From: Gnetum montanum | Lineage: Eukaryota > Plantae > Gnetophyta | DNA length: 64,000 nt | NCBI GenBank assembly: GCA_015680685.1 | Contig: MNCI01003059.1 | Coordinates: forward strand, 464,859-528,858 | Reading direction: 5' to 3' | Shown here: positions 39,153 to 52,500 of the stretch, piece by piece | How positions within the stretch are numbered: position 1 is the stretch's first letter | How the letters are laid out: each line of letters starts with the position of its first letter | Made by a program: the position numbers and the translations under genes | Notes under the pieces: generated by a model | Databases searched by the model: none | Told to the model about the DNA's origin: nothing | The model's input: only the letters and a program-made list of their open reading frames with translations

Positions 39153-40769
39153 CCTTCTGAGAAATTTGAATCTAAAGGGCCCTGGATCTACTATCTATGC
39201 TAAATAGAAATTACAGGACTTTGTTAGAACAAAAAACACACTTACAATCTGTTAATCCAGAATCTATATGTTTATGAATATGTGCTACTACAATTATATA
39301 GACTTGGATCCTTCCAAGAATGGATTTGAAGAGATAAGGATGAGTCTCTAAAATCATGGGAATGATCCTTATCATCTTATTTATGGATGAGATAATCATG
39401 GGTATGGATAAGCATGGATATGGAAAAGCATGGACAACTAGGATCTCATCTTATTTAGAATAAATAAAAGGATGAGATCAAGCTCCTAATAATGTGGAAT
39501 GTCTACACATCATCTTCTACAAACCCCCCCATGATGGTAAGGGGTTCCACTCCAAGGAGGTCTTTGAAGGATGAAAAATTCTCATAGCTTAGTGTTGGCG
39601 ACCGTTTGGGACGCGACCGCCAACGAGTGTCCTCGAATAGGATTTAGGTGCCTGCTGGTCTCTGGCAACACCAAGGTCCAGATACCTCCAAATAAACTCA
39701 GTAGTTAATGTGAGTATGTGTGTGTGCTGTTGCGGCGTGNNNNNNNNNNNNNNNNNNNNNNNNNNNNNNNNNNNNNNNNNNNNNNNNNNNNNNNNNNNNN
39801 NNNNNNNNNNNNNNNNNNNNNNNNNNNNNNNNNNNNNNNNNNNNNNNNNNNNNNNNNNNNNNNNNNNNNNNNNNNNNNNNNNNNNNNNNNNNNNNNNNNN
39901 NNNNNNNNNNNNNNNNNNNNNNNNNNNNNNNNNNNNNNNNNNNNNNNNNNNNNNNNNNNNNNNNNNNNNNNNNNNNNNNNNNNNNNNNNNNNNNNNNNNN
40001 NNNNNNNNNNNNNNNNNNNNNNNNNNNNNNNNNNNNNNNNNNNNNNNNNNNNNNNNNNNNNNNNNNNNNNNNNNNNNNNNNNNNNNNNNNNNNNNNNNNN
40101 NNNNNNNNNNNNNNNNNNNNNNNNNNNNNNNNNNNNNNNNNNNNNNNNNNNNNNNNNNNNNNNNNNNNNNNNNNNNNNNNNNNNNNNNNNNNNNNNNNNN
40201 NNNNNNNNNNNNNNNNNNNNNNNNNNNNNNNNNNNNNNNNNNNNNNNNNNNNNNNNNNNNNNNNNNNNNNNNNNNNNNNNNNNNNNNNNNNNNNNNNNNN
40301 NNNNNNNNNNNNNNNNNNNNNNNNNNNNNNNNNNNNNNNNNNNNNNNNNNNNNNNNNNNNNNNNNNNNNNNNNNNNNNNNNNNNNNNNNNNNNNNNNNNN
40401 NNNNNNNNNAAATGCATAACTCACAGGACCATGACAAAGAGGCTGAAATCTTTATTCTAGCAAGCCATCTTGCAAGCGATCTTCTTTACAAATCTTCTTT
40501 GATCCCAAGTGTGATGTGTGAGACCCAATGTTATGATCCAATGTTATGATGATCATCCCTTCCCCTTGAAGCCTTTTTATAGGATTCCAAGGTAGGTAGG
40601 GAAGTTACATATTTAAAAATATCTCACCTAACTTCTCTCCCAAGTAACCTGGCCAACCAATTAGGAGATTACTTGCCCAACAAGTTAGGAGGTTACTTGC
40701 CCAACAAGTTAGGTAAGTTACAACAATTTTGGGTGGTTTCAACCACCAAAGAGATAAAAATGCTACAAT

Positions 40770-40955
40770 GGACAAGTGTCCCATGTAGTTGCCAAGTGTC
40801 TTCATGTAGTTGCCAAGTGTCTTCATCTAGTTGCCAAGTGTTCACCATGGAGAGAAACAAGTTGCAGTTGACACGTGTCCTTGGTGGTTGAGAAGTAGCC
40901 CATTTAGTTGACAAGTGGCAATTTTGGAGACAAAAAGGCTATAGTTGACAAGTGG
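40770..40955. repeat. 21-bp tandem repeats and G-box-like (GACACGTGTC/GCCAAGTGTC) motifs in the solo LTR promoter
   Basis: (ttcatgtagttgccaagtgtc) x3 at ~40780-40842, gttgacacgtgtcc at ~40867, further gttgacaagtggc copies. Confidence 0.8.
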
Positions 40956-41914
40956 CCTTGGTGGTTATAAGTACCATGGGAAATTAAAATTTAGTTGTAA
41001 CCACCAAGGGGAAGTTATCACCACCATGATATTTAAAAATTGCAAAGGACACTTGTTCTATACATATAACATTGAATAACTACCCTATAACTTCTCTTTC
41101 CTTTTGAAATAATAAAATATTTTCTTTAAATCATAGTAATAGAGATAGTAATCATAATAAATATATATCTATTGGTCCCTAACTAGAAGAAATTAATCCA
41201 TATTCCAGGGACCATGTGTGATCTTTATACTTGGTTCGTTAAAAATACTAAACACTTCCTGATCTGCAGCATCTCTGGCCATGTACCTAATGACGTTACA
41301 TCTTTTTCTGAGCATTTTGCAATCTTTCCAGTAACTCCATGATCATCTCCATCTTTGCAACATCAACACAAGATTTAATTGCAATACTAATAATCTTTGC
41401 CTGGAACATAATCCCTGCCTTCAAAAATCTTCATCATAAAAATCCCATGACATGCTATGCTGCGTTTGCGGAGAGAAGAATGTTTTGGCAGATGATCTTG
41501 TGTTGAATCGAACCCTTCGCGACACGATTTCATCACTGGAGCGGAAATGGAGAAGAGAGGCACTTGCCATGGAAGGAAATCTGAAGAAAAAGAGGTGCTA
41601 TGCACCACACTGGTGAAGCTTGAAACCATAATTAGGATTTACAGAGAGAGTAAGCTCTGGTTTTTGTTATTGTGCCGGGGATTTATGTAATGGCCCATTG
41701 TTGTTGGCGTTCATTCTCCTCTCGCAAGAACTTGCATTCATTTATTTATTTTTTCTTGAACTGGGCAAGGCCGAGCAACGTGTGGTTGAGTGCATCAGGC
41801 GCAGAGAAGAAGAGACTCTGACCACTGGAAACCTCGGCGTCATCAGGGAGGTGCGGCAGAATTTTTGATGGAAACTGGCAGGCGCGGAATCTGACGGCCT
41901 TGCTGGCCGCGTCT

Positions 41915-42440
41915 GTGCAAAAAAAGAATTCCTCCAGGCTGTGCCCAAGCCGTGTTCACAGTAGTGAATATCACGATGCGCTCGTTGTCATCGTGCACGT
42001 CCATCTAACGCAAAAATCCTTCCCAAGGTGAAGCCGGCTCATCTTCTTCTCGCTGAGGATATGGAGCTGCCGAAATTGTTTGTGCAGCAGCAGGAAATGT
42101 TGTTTGTTGGGGTGGAATCCAGCGCATGGAGAGCAGCAGCCTCGACGCTGACGACATCCTACAGATTTTTTTAAAAAACCCTCATGGCATCGTAGGCTAG
42201 ATTTCCAGGCCGATTCTGCGATTTCTTGCGCGATTCTGCATCATTGCTGCCTGCTAGGGTTTGAGCGAGTAGTGATAAAATGAAGGGGACGGTAGAGATG
42301 ATGGAGGGAGTCATGAAAGTGGCTGAGGTAGGACGGGAGCAGTTTCTGTTTTCAATTGGCACTATGNAAGTGGCTGAGGTAGGACGGGAGCAGTTTCTAT
42401 TTTCAATTGGCACTATGTCCGCCATTGTTGAATCTTTCAT
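41915..42440 (-). pseudogene. Captured fragment resembling a nucleotide-diphospho-sugar transferase (GT77-like) gene N-terminus
   Basis: Minus frame ...PWEGFLR*MDVHDDNERIVIFTTVNTAWAQPGGILFL resembles the family motif L.RAAM.DKTVIITT.N.AWA.PGS.LDLFL. A hydrophobic segment IISTVPFILSLLA lies upstream. The region is GC/CpG-rich relative to its surroundings. Confidence 0.5.
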
Positions 42441-43121
42441 CTCTACAACTGCATCATATACTGCCAAAATTCCACGCACAGCTTCGGCTATGCCCAAGAG
42501 CAAAACACCAGGGCCAGTCTAGTCTGGAATGCAATAAGACGCTAAATTTTCTGAGAAATATGAACCCCACATCACCTCTACTTTCAAAATCTGTGTCTGT
42601 TCCTACAATAGCTGGTGCTGATACTGGTGACACCGTGGGTGCTCGTGGATTGACAACTTTGGAAGAAAATGCCCTTGCTCATAACCAGTTATGTAAAAGT
42701 TGAGGTTATAGATTTTCTTGTTTGTGAGGTGATGGGAAACAGAGGGATCGCAACCGCTCAGAAATTTAATTGACAAATGTAGAGACTAGTTAGTGATGAG
42801 TGAGTAGAGACTACTGAGTTTGCCAACGATAGTCAAAACTGGACAAAACTCCGTGGATTTCCAGAAAATGGTATTGTTTATCCATAACCAGAGGATTGTC
42901 ATGAACTCTGACCAATTGATCATTTGTCTTAAACAAAACTGTATTTGCTAGTGAATCAATTAGAGAAAAACCTTTCAAACTACCAACCCAACACCTCTGA
43001 AAAGTCTTCATCCAATGAAATATTGGCAATGTTTAAATCAGGGTGAACTTTAGTTATATGATTAGCTCCACAACCTCACAAAGCCTGCTCCATTAAATGG
43101 CCAAAATGTGCCAACACTTAG

Positions 43122-46100
43122 ACTCTTGGTAAAAATATCTACTAGTTGTGCTTTAGTTGCACAATGTTCCATGTTGAGGATGTTGTCTTGGATCAGGCTT
43201 CTAAGATGGTGATCCTTGATATCAATGTGCTTGGTACGCCCATGTTGAAATGGATTGTGAGCCAGTTCAATAGCACTTGTGCTATCATAGTATAAGCGAA
43301 TGGGAGGATCAAGTGTAAGTCCCTTTTTAGTGAAAATAGAGTGAATGCACATGGCCTGAGAAGTAGCACTTGATGCAACTATGTATTCTGCTTCGACTGT
43401 TGAGAGTGCGACTGAAGACTACTTCTTTGATCCCCAAGAGATGAGCAATGGATCAAAGATGAGAAAAAAACCAAAAGTTGAATTTCGATTGTTAAGGTCA
43501 CCTCCCTAATCTGCATCAGTATATCCCCATGCCTTGAAGTTTGTATGTCGATGGAATGTGATCCCAAAATCTGCTGTAGTTCTCAGGTAATGTAGAACTT
43601 ATTTTGTAGCTTGCTAATGTGATTCATGTGGATCTTGCATGAACTGAGAAAAGTAATTGACAGCATATTGAATATCTAGATGAGTATTGGATAGATACAA
43701 TAAACCACCAACTAGGGATCTACATAGTGACTGATTAACTGAAGGAGATTTATCATTCTTGGTAAGTTTTATACCAAGGGAAAGTGGTGTGTTTGAGGGA
43801 TTACTATTAAGCATGCCAAATTTCTCAAGTAAGGATCAGGAAAATTTCATTTGGCATATGGAAATGGATTTTGTTCTCTAGATTACTTGAAAACCCAAAA
43901 ATATGACATTTTTCCTAGATCAAACATTTCAAACTCATTTTGCATAGCATTAAGAAAATCATTTCCTAATATAATTGGGGATGAAAAATAAATTAAATCA
44001 TCTACATACAGATAGAAAAAAATAAAATCATCTCCAAATACCTTTTTGTAAATTGTAGTTTGGAACTAAAGATGGATGAACCCCTCTTGGATGAAAAATG
44101 AATGAATACGTGCATACCATGCATGTGGAGCTTGCTTGAGCCCTTACAAAGCTTTATGAAACTTGTACACATGATCTTGTTTGCCTTCATCAACAAAACC
44201 TAGGGGTTGTTCCACATAGACTTATTCATTTAGAACACAATTGAGGAATGCAGATGCCACATCCAATTGATATACCACATAGCCAACTTGTGCAACAATA
44301 GCTAGAAATATTTTCAATGATTCCATTTATGAAATAGGAGCAAAGTTATCATCAAAGTCTCTACCTTGCTATTGGAGATAGCCCTTGGCAACTAGGAAAG
44401 CTTTGAATTTGTCTAGTTCACCATAGTGATTTCTCTTGAGTTTGAATATCCATTTTAAGCTGATGACAGGCTTACCAGATGGACGAGGAACTAGACTCCA
44501 AGTGTTGTTTTTATTGATTTTTTGTAGCTCACATTCCATTGCTGCAATCCAATGATCATCTAGCATAGCTTCAACGATGGTGGATGGTTATGCCAAACCA
44601 TCAGAGCTCCCCCCCATTGGTGTAAGCAGCACGTAGAAGTCATCACCCATGTTCGAGAAGAGAGCAGTGGCAGCGTTTGCATCACCCTAGGTTGGATGGA
44701 CATGGTATTGGTAAGAATGACTGTGGGTTAGGCGGTGGTGAAAATTTAGATCCAGCATTTGGGAGGCTGGGTGAGAGAGAGCCACCTGTGAGGAAGAAAG
44801 AGATTGCTAGGGAGGAGCCATGGTTGGCACAGAGGGAAGGACCTGGGAGGGTGTTTCTATAGAAAATGGAGCAGAAAGAGGAAGGAAAATGTGTGTAGAC
44901 ATTGGCACAAAAGCACATGGAGTTAGAGGCCATAAGGAGTAGCATTGGATAGAATGGTGGATGGAAGGGAGTCCAAAAAGGGCAGATTGTGTGTTGGAGG
45001 ATGCAAGAAATGTAGATTGGATGTTGCTAAAATAACGGAATTGGCAGCTGGAGGGAATGACAACTCAAGAACCAAAAAATGTGGAGCTGGGGCACCAAAA
45101 TTGATGTCTAGCCATTGTTGCATGGAATGGAGGGAGCGCTGGTGAGGAAGGAGAGGTACTAGCGTGTGGAAAACAAGCGAGGCAGACCTTGTGAAAATGG
45201 GGGGCCATTGGGGCCTGGGATTTGCATAGTTCCTGTGGTGTCTATGATTCAGGGAAGGACGTCCCCATCTGGTAGAAGAGTCTCGAGACGTGTGCTAGCC
45301 TAGCATCACTGGAGTGGGTTTGGCGTTGGAAAGAGAATAGCCTTTAGGGTGCTCAAAAAATGCACCAATGTTGGGGCCTACACAAAACATTTTTGTTGCT
45401 GGAGAAAATAGATTATGGTCAATGCAGTCCTGTTCCGGAAAATTAACGTCACGAGAATCAATGACCTTGTGATTGTTTTTATCATAGCACCTGTAAGCTT
45501 TAGATGTGGGAGAATATCCAACGAAAATACAAGGCATAGCTTTTCCATCTAATTTTTTTCTGTTTTGGGCAGGGATGTGCACATAGTAAGGTGAACCAAA
45601 GATTTTCAAATGTAAAATATTAGGTGTATAACCATGCCAAAATTCATAGGGTGTTTTATTGTGAATTGATTTGGAAGGCACTCTATTTAAAAGATAAATT
45701 GATGTTACACAAGCTTCTGTCCAAAACATATTTGCTAAGTTTGACAGTTGTAGTAAACACTTGGCCATTTCAACCACGGTTCTATTTTTCTTTTCAGCTA
45801 CTCCATTTTGTTGGGGTGTAGGATGTGGTAGTTTGATGAATAATTTCATTCTTCTTGCAGAATTCCTCAAATTCTTGGGACAAAAATTCACCACCACAAT
45901 CTGTTCAAATTTTCTTGATTGTATTGCCACTTTGATTTTCTACTGCTACCTTGAATTCTCTAAAGAATCCCAATGTTTGATCTTTTAATTTCATAAAATA
46001 ACCCCAAGAATATTTGGAAAAATCATCCATGATGATTAACATATAGTGGTTTTTGCCTAGGCTCAATGCTTGCATGGGACCGCATAAATCCATATGAACT

Positions 46101-46822
46101 AGATCTAATTTTTCTTGAGATCTATGTTTTTTCCTAGGAAACAGAAATTTGGATCTATCGTGATCGCGTCCACATCCTTTGAATGAGGATCCACTTGAGG
46201 ATCTTTGATTTTGATTGAATGATCTCTGGAATTGTGCTTGAAATGCCTTTTCTGTTGAATCCTCATAATCAACAATTGTTTGCTTGTATGTCTTCAAGCT
46301 TCCTACAAGCTCAACCATGGTAATCTTATCGAGATCTCTTGCTTCTTCAATAGCCACGATGATGGGATCATATCATCGGGTTACACTTCAAAGGATCTTT
46401 TCAACAACACACCTTTCCTCAAGTGTTTGTGCACAAGATTCAAGTCCATTTCAAACTTGTTGAAATCAGCTGATGTATTGATCAATATTCTCTGAATCAA
46501 GCATGTGCAAAGATTCAAAATATTTCCTTAAAGCTTGTAACTTGACAACATGAACTTTTAATGATCCCTTGTATGCAATCTCCAGGGCATCCCATGCAGC
46601 TTTGCTTGTTGGATGCATGAAAATTTTGGGAAAGATCTTCAGATCTAAACCAGATTGAATGATGAATAATGCTTTTGCATCTTTCTTATGAAGCTTCTTG
46701 ACTTCATTATTTTCATCTTCTGTCAGGGCTTGAAATGTTGCTTGATCAACATCTTGAAATCCACCTTCAACAATATCCCATAGATCTTGTGAGATCATAA
46801 ATTTATTCATCTTGATTGCCAA
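43122..46822 (-). pseudogene. Copia gag-pol (gag, integrase, RT, RNase H) with frameshifts; protease region deleted
   Basis: QDLWDIVEGG (gag); LDLVHMDLCGPM and TPQQNGVAEKKNRT (INT); NNTWSLVPRP and LVAKGY (RT); HGRTKHIDIK and DIFTKSL (RH). Confidence 0.92.
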
Positions 46823-49545
46823 ATATTCATAATTTTCTCCATTGAATACAAGAATTTGGAGAGATAGATTCGTTATTTTGGGCCATTCTAGAGAGATCTG
46901 TTGTCAAGAATCTGAGCTAACCGAGCTCTGATACCAAATGAGAAATCTAAATCTAAAGGGCCCTGGATCTACTATCTATGCTAAATAGAAATTAAAGAAC
47001 TTTGTTAGAACAAAAAACACACTTACAATCTATTAATCCAGAATCTATATGTTTATGAATATGTGCTACTACAATTATATAGACTTGGATCCTACCAAGA
47101 ATGGATTTGAAGAGATAAGCATGAGTCTCTAAAATCATGGNGCCAAGAATGGATTTGAAGAGATAAGCATGAGTCTCTAAAATCATGGGAATGATCCTTA
47201 TCATCTTATTTATGGATGAGATAATCATGGGTATGGATAAGCATGAACAACTAGGATCTCATCTTATTTAGAATAAATAAAAGGATGAGATTAATCTCCT
47301 AATAATATGGAACGTCTACACATCATCTTCCACACCTTCATGGACATTTAGTAAGATTCTTTGTTGGTCACACTCTAGCACACACCATTTGACTAGTTCA
47401 TTTGCATAGATCTTGTACATATTGCCATTAATTTCCATATATCTTTTTACTTTATGAAGGAATTGTTCCCATTGTTTCTTACTCCAGTCAACAAGAAGCT
47501 CTTGTGTTGATAGGTAGGTTAGATATTCTGCAATCCATGGATTTCCTATTAAATTTACAACCTTTACTAGTTTAGTAAACAAGTTCTCATTAGCGAACTG
47601 GTCAGATAAAGGTTTTGCTTAATCATGGGCATCCCACTTTAGCCTTGATAGATGATTAGCTACCACTTTTTTTGTTCCCTTTTTGCAAAATAACAAGCCA
47701 TCTTATCATCCTAGGATTGACTGCTAGTTTGTTCATAAGAAATTGGATGGCACTATGATTAGTATGGACATAAATTTGATACCCAAGCACATAATGTCTA
47801 AACTTTTCAAGTGCCTACACCATGACCATTAGCTCTTTTTCTGTTGTAGTGTAGTTCAATTGTACTTTGGTGATGCTTCTACTAACATAGTGTATATAAT
47901 AAGGTCTTTTTTCATCATCTAGTTATGTCCATATTGCACCAAGTGCATAATTGGAAGCATCAATCATGATATGAATGCCTAGACCAATCTAGAGCTTGAA
48001 GGATTGGTATATTAGCTAGTTTCTACTTTGAAGCTTCAAATGCCTTTCGCATGACTCTATCCACAGGATGCATCCTTCTTAGTGGGTTCCACAAGTAGTT
48101 TTGCTATCTTTGAAAAATTCTCTATAAATATTCTATAATATACTATGTGTCCTAAGAATAGTCTCACATATTTTACTATTTGTGATCTTTGAGTGATATT
48201 TTGTATGACTTGAATCTTTTTAGGATCTACCTTTATGTCTTTTTGAGAGATTTTATGTCTGAACACTATATCATCCTAGACCATGAGGTGGCTTTTTTGT
48301 CAATTAAGCTTGAGATTAGTTTCCACACATCTCTTCAGTAATTACTCCAAATGGTCCAATGCTTGCTTGAAATCAAGCTTGTATGTCAAAAAATTGTTCA
48401 TGAAGACCTCAACACCATTGGCAATTTTTTTATGGAAGATACTAAGTACTAGTCTTTGGAAGGTGGTTGATGCATTGTAAAGACCAAAGGGAATCTATAA
48501 GTAAGTGATGCGTCACAATTAGCTGTGTTGATGAGGCCTCATTGACTGGGCCCCATTGACACATTATGTCATGCATCGATGCAACCCCATCAACATAGGG
48601 TTCATTTTTGCTTATAAATACATGCTTATCAACCACATTTATAGCATTAGTTAGTCATAGTATAGTGAAGCTCTTACAACTTTTTCATTTGAGAGTTAGA
48701 ATATTTTCCCAAGTGCCTGCAATAGAATTCATTGAATGTACAAATCTTTATTTGAGTAGTATTGTACCTAAGCATGACAGTGTGTGGGGTAATAAAGACG
48801 AACTTCTTGATAAACCTTGTAGCATTTTGAATAGTTTAAATGTTTCATTTATGCATTTAATATTTTTAGGTAGTTATTCAATGTTTTCTAGTAATTAAGA
48901 TAATTATGTAATTAAGTGAGATAAGCTAGATAGATTAATTACATAAGTATGACCAATATGAGCGTAACACACATATGCTTGGTAATCCCAGTAGCATTAT
49001 TGCTTGGTGCACCTAGTGGCATAGCATTTGGTAACCTAGCAATGGATACGTGAGTTCAAGACATGTATAGGAAGTGGGACTAGATGCTTATGTTAGGACT
49101 AGTTAGAGATCAGTTAGTTCAATCAAATTAGTCATTAAACTACTTTATCTCTCTTTTCAACCACCAAAAAACCTAAAACATAAAATGATAGAAATCATAT
49201 GCCTTAATTACACTTAACCATACCTTTGAGCTTCACAAGTGTAATTGGGAAGGCAACGAACGATCTTATGGCAAGGTTCACTACCTAGAAGACTAGTGCA
49301 CTAGAAATTATAGAGTCCATGGAATTTGGCCAGATTACTTGTGAACGCTTTGTGATTTGTATGGTTGGGTGTAGGGGTACCTCACTGCTCATCATTAGTG
49401 CCATTGCTAGGGACTCTGTTTATTGAAACGTGCACTATCTAGAATTAGTAACCATTATTAATATTGTTGGATAAACTCAAGGTCAATATTATTCTCACAC
49501 AACATATAATTACAAAACCACACTAATATTTTACTAGTTGCAAAA

Positions 49546-52500
49546 TGTCTTCTTCTCATTGGCATGAAGATGTTAAATCAATAGTCCCACAGGAGTGCAA
49601 AGTGGTATATACTCATCTTGATGAGTATGTACCAGACTTCACCTTCATCCTACACCATGATGAGCAACTACGATGACATGACATGGAGGGCAACATCGTA
49701 ATGTCCCTTGATTGATCTATGCTTGGGATGCTATTTGAAACCCTTAAGAATTTAGGCATCTTAGATCTTCAAGAGGAATACATTGTGAATGGTTATGATA
49801 CTTGGGACTACCATCCCACTAAAACACAACACAATTGCAATCGACACTAAGAGAAGAACCATGAGTTTGCAAAGGAAAAACACTTTACTAATCCCTTATT
49901 CCTATTAAACCAAATTGATAATGAGGATCCTCCCTTTGGGGGTTCTCAACATGAAGATTCTCTACCCCCTATTATTGGTGATGAGGGTGTAGTCTTGAAC
50001 CTGTGGTCCACTATTAATAAACCAAGTTTAGGAAAAAGTGATAGTCAAGTTAGGAACTTGAGAAAACCTCATAATATCAAGGGATCTAAGAATGGTAATC
50101 ATAATGAGCAAAGAGGTGGTAAGAAACATCACGATGGTGGTGGTGATCCACCTTCCTCTTCATCCAATTCTAAACATTCTTGTTCATCTGCTGGTTCTAA
50201 TAAAAGCCATTGTAGACATAATCATGATGAAGGTGATCAATGAGATAACCATGACTGTCAAGACCACTATGAATGCAGGGGTGGCAAGAACCATCATCGA
50301 TGCCATGGATGCAATGATGATGATGAATTACTATTGGCAACTCAAAGCATGCTTAACATTGTAGAGGTAGTAAATATTTCAACTAGGCATGTGAAAGATA
50401 GTTGGATCAAATGTTTAGATATGAATAATATTCCAAGATTTAACAGGAAATACAACTCTAATCCATAGACACATTTACAATATTTCCATGATGTAGAAGA
50501 GTATAATAGAGATCCTTCCATAAGGAAAAGGGAGGTTCGATTTTGTGAAGAGGAGGATGCACCACTTGACAAGGTGGTAAATAGAAAAACCTTATCCATA
50601 CAAAAATCTGTTTATGATATTTTTGCTAAGGTTGATAAATTATGGAACTCTTTGGATGAAAAGTTCCAAACTACTATGAAGATTGTTGAAGCATCCAAAA
50701 CAGAATAGTGATCATGACCGCATAAGGTGAAAAGAAGCTGAACATGCCTACCAAAGAGGTAAGGGCAAAGCTATTGCAATAGAAGAAGTTATGAAGATAG
50801 ACTCTGATGATGATATTGGTTGTGAGATCTGCCAATATGAACATTTGAATGGATTTTATCCTATGGTTTCACACTTACAAGAGTTTGGTGTGTACGCATT
50901 GAATTTGTGGCTACCACATAGGTAAGCACCCAAAAAACTGCCTTATCCTTAAGGTAATTCAAGGTAGTTTCACCAACAACAACAAGCTTATTATCCAAGT
51001 AGAGCTCCACCATAACCATATGAGCAATACAACAATGGCACCAACCACAATTGTGGAGAATGCCACCACCAAGGTAGTAGTATCCTTGTAGGCAACTAGA
51101 TCCATATAGGTACTATGTTTAGCAACCTAGTTCTCCAAAAAGTTTTGCAAGCCATACCTCATTCTAGCATCACTATTACCCTCTAGAATACTATAGAGCT
51201 CATTCACCATCTACTCAAGGGGAGAACCCATACCCATACCACCCTCCACATCCATCTACATACATCCCTCTACCCTCTACTTAGTTACCTCTTACTCCAT
51301 CCATGCAAGGTGAGATTCTTGCATAGCTGCAACAACAAAATGCTATAAGGGCAATGAATTTACAACTAGCCTTACACTTAATCTAGAAAATGACCATATT
51401 TTTGATCCAACAGTCCTCCCAAACCCTCACAACCTAATGTGGTTGGTCATCCTACATCTCCAACACCCTCATCTTCTACATCAAATACACTTGAGAGCCC
51501 TTCAAACCAAACACCATCTTAGATCCACACTATAATGCAATCTTTCCATGAAAATATCTAACTTAGAAAGTCCTCTTATTTACTTGCTTATCGTTGGACA
51601 TGAGCCATGCAAGGCTCTTCTTAACTCTGGTTCTAGTGTCAATCTCATCTCTCATGACATGTACAAGGCTTGGAACCTACTACCTCTCAAGAAGAGCAAC
51701 ATTCGTTTAGAATTGGTAAACTAATCAATCACTATTCCTTTGGGGTTAGTGGAGGACATTGTGATCATAGTTAGTAGGTGGTCCTATCCTACTAATTTTC
51801 TAGTGATCAAGGTTGAGAATTGCAAAGGTGAATTTCACATCATTATGGGAAGGACATGGTTATGCATGGTCATTGCACAAATGGGCATAAGGGACCTCTC
51901 CTTCAAAATCTCCAAGGAAAATGAATTTGGATGATTAGAGAAGAAGCATGTTTCATGCATCATGTATAGTGATAATAGGTGAAATTACGTGCAAAATATC
52001 TGGCTCATTAAAAGTACATTCATTAGAGTATGCAATTAGTGTGCACAAGAAACAGATATCCAAAGGTGTTTGTACATAGTAGCCACAAGATAGGAGGGTA
52101 CCTAGTGGTTGACAACTGACTCTAATAGTAGCACACTATGCATGGAACCAACTGAGAACTTGACATGTGCTTATGTCAAAGGCATGAATAAACTTGAGTA
52201 AGTTCATCACCAAATCTCTAATGATGAAGATAATGATACTTACTGGGAAGAGTTGGAAATCCTTGATAATTTCAAGGAGGAGCCCCTAGAGTTAAAAACT
52301 CTATTAGCCAGCATGGAGTATGCATTTTTAAACAATGGCAAGCTAGTTATCATCAATGCCAAAATTGCTCTTGAAGAAAAAAAAAGCTATTAAAGGTACT
52401 CAAAAAATGATCAACAACATTTGCTTGGTCATATCCTGATCTGATTGGAATCAATCCAAGGATATGCCAGCATCAGATTTACATCAACCTAACCATGAAG

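Larger units (their letters stand above)
39593..43116 (-). mobile_element. Large solo LTR inserted in the copia RNase H
   Basis: Termini tgttggc...gccaaca. TSD CTTAG at 39588-39592 and 43117-43121. Removing it restores DIFTKSLS|YENFSSFKDLLGV. TATAAAA on minus at ~40575. Contains N gap 39740-40409. Confidence 0.85.
39158..47334 (-). mobile_element. Ty1/copia LTR retrotransposon, internally deleted
   Basis: LTRs 39158-39521 and 46939-47334 (about 13 substitutions plus a 16-bp indel by eye). TSD CCTTC at 39153-39157 and 47335-47339. PBS tggtatcagagc (plus 46925-46936). G-rich PPT at 39522-39530. gag-INT-RT-RH order. Confidence 0.95.
32043..48500 (-). mobile_element. Athila-like Ty3/gypsy (element D): 3' LTR, accessory ORF, INT, RH, partial RT; carries a copia insertion and is cut by element E
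   Basis: 3' LTR 32043-32913 (tgatgag...ttatca; similar to the 2944 LTR) with a PPT-like tgagggta. Integrase 38010-39150 plus 47340-47600; RH 47620-48000; RT 48050-48500. Confidence 0.85.

Noticed and set aside
39589-40549. Long ORFs in the ORF track (also 780-1358 and 21446-21722)
   Set aside because: Artefacts of N runs and the GA microsatellite.
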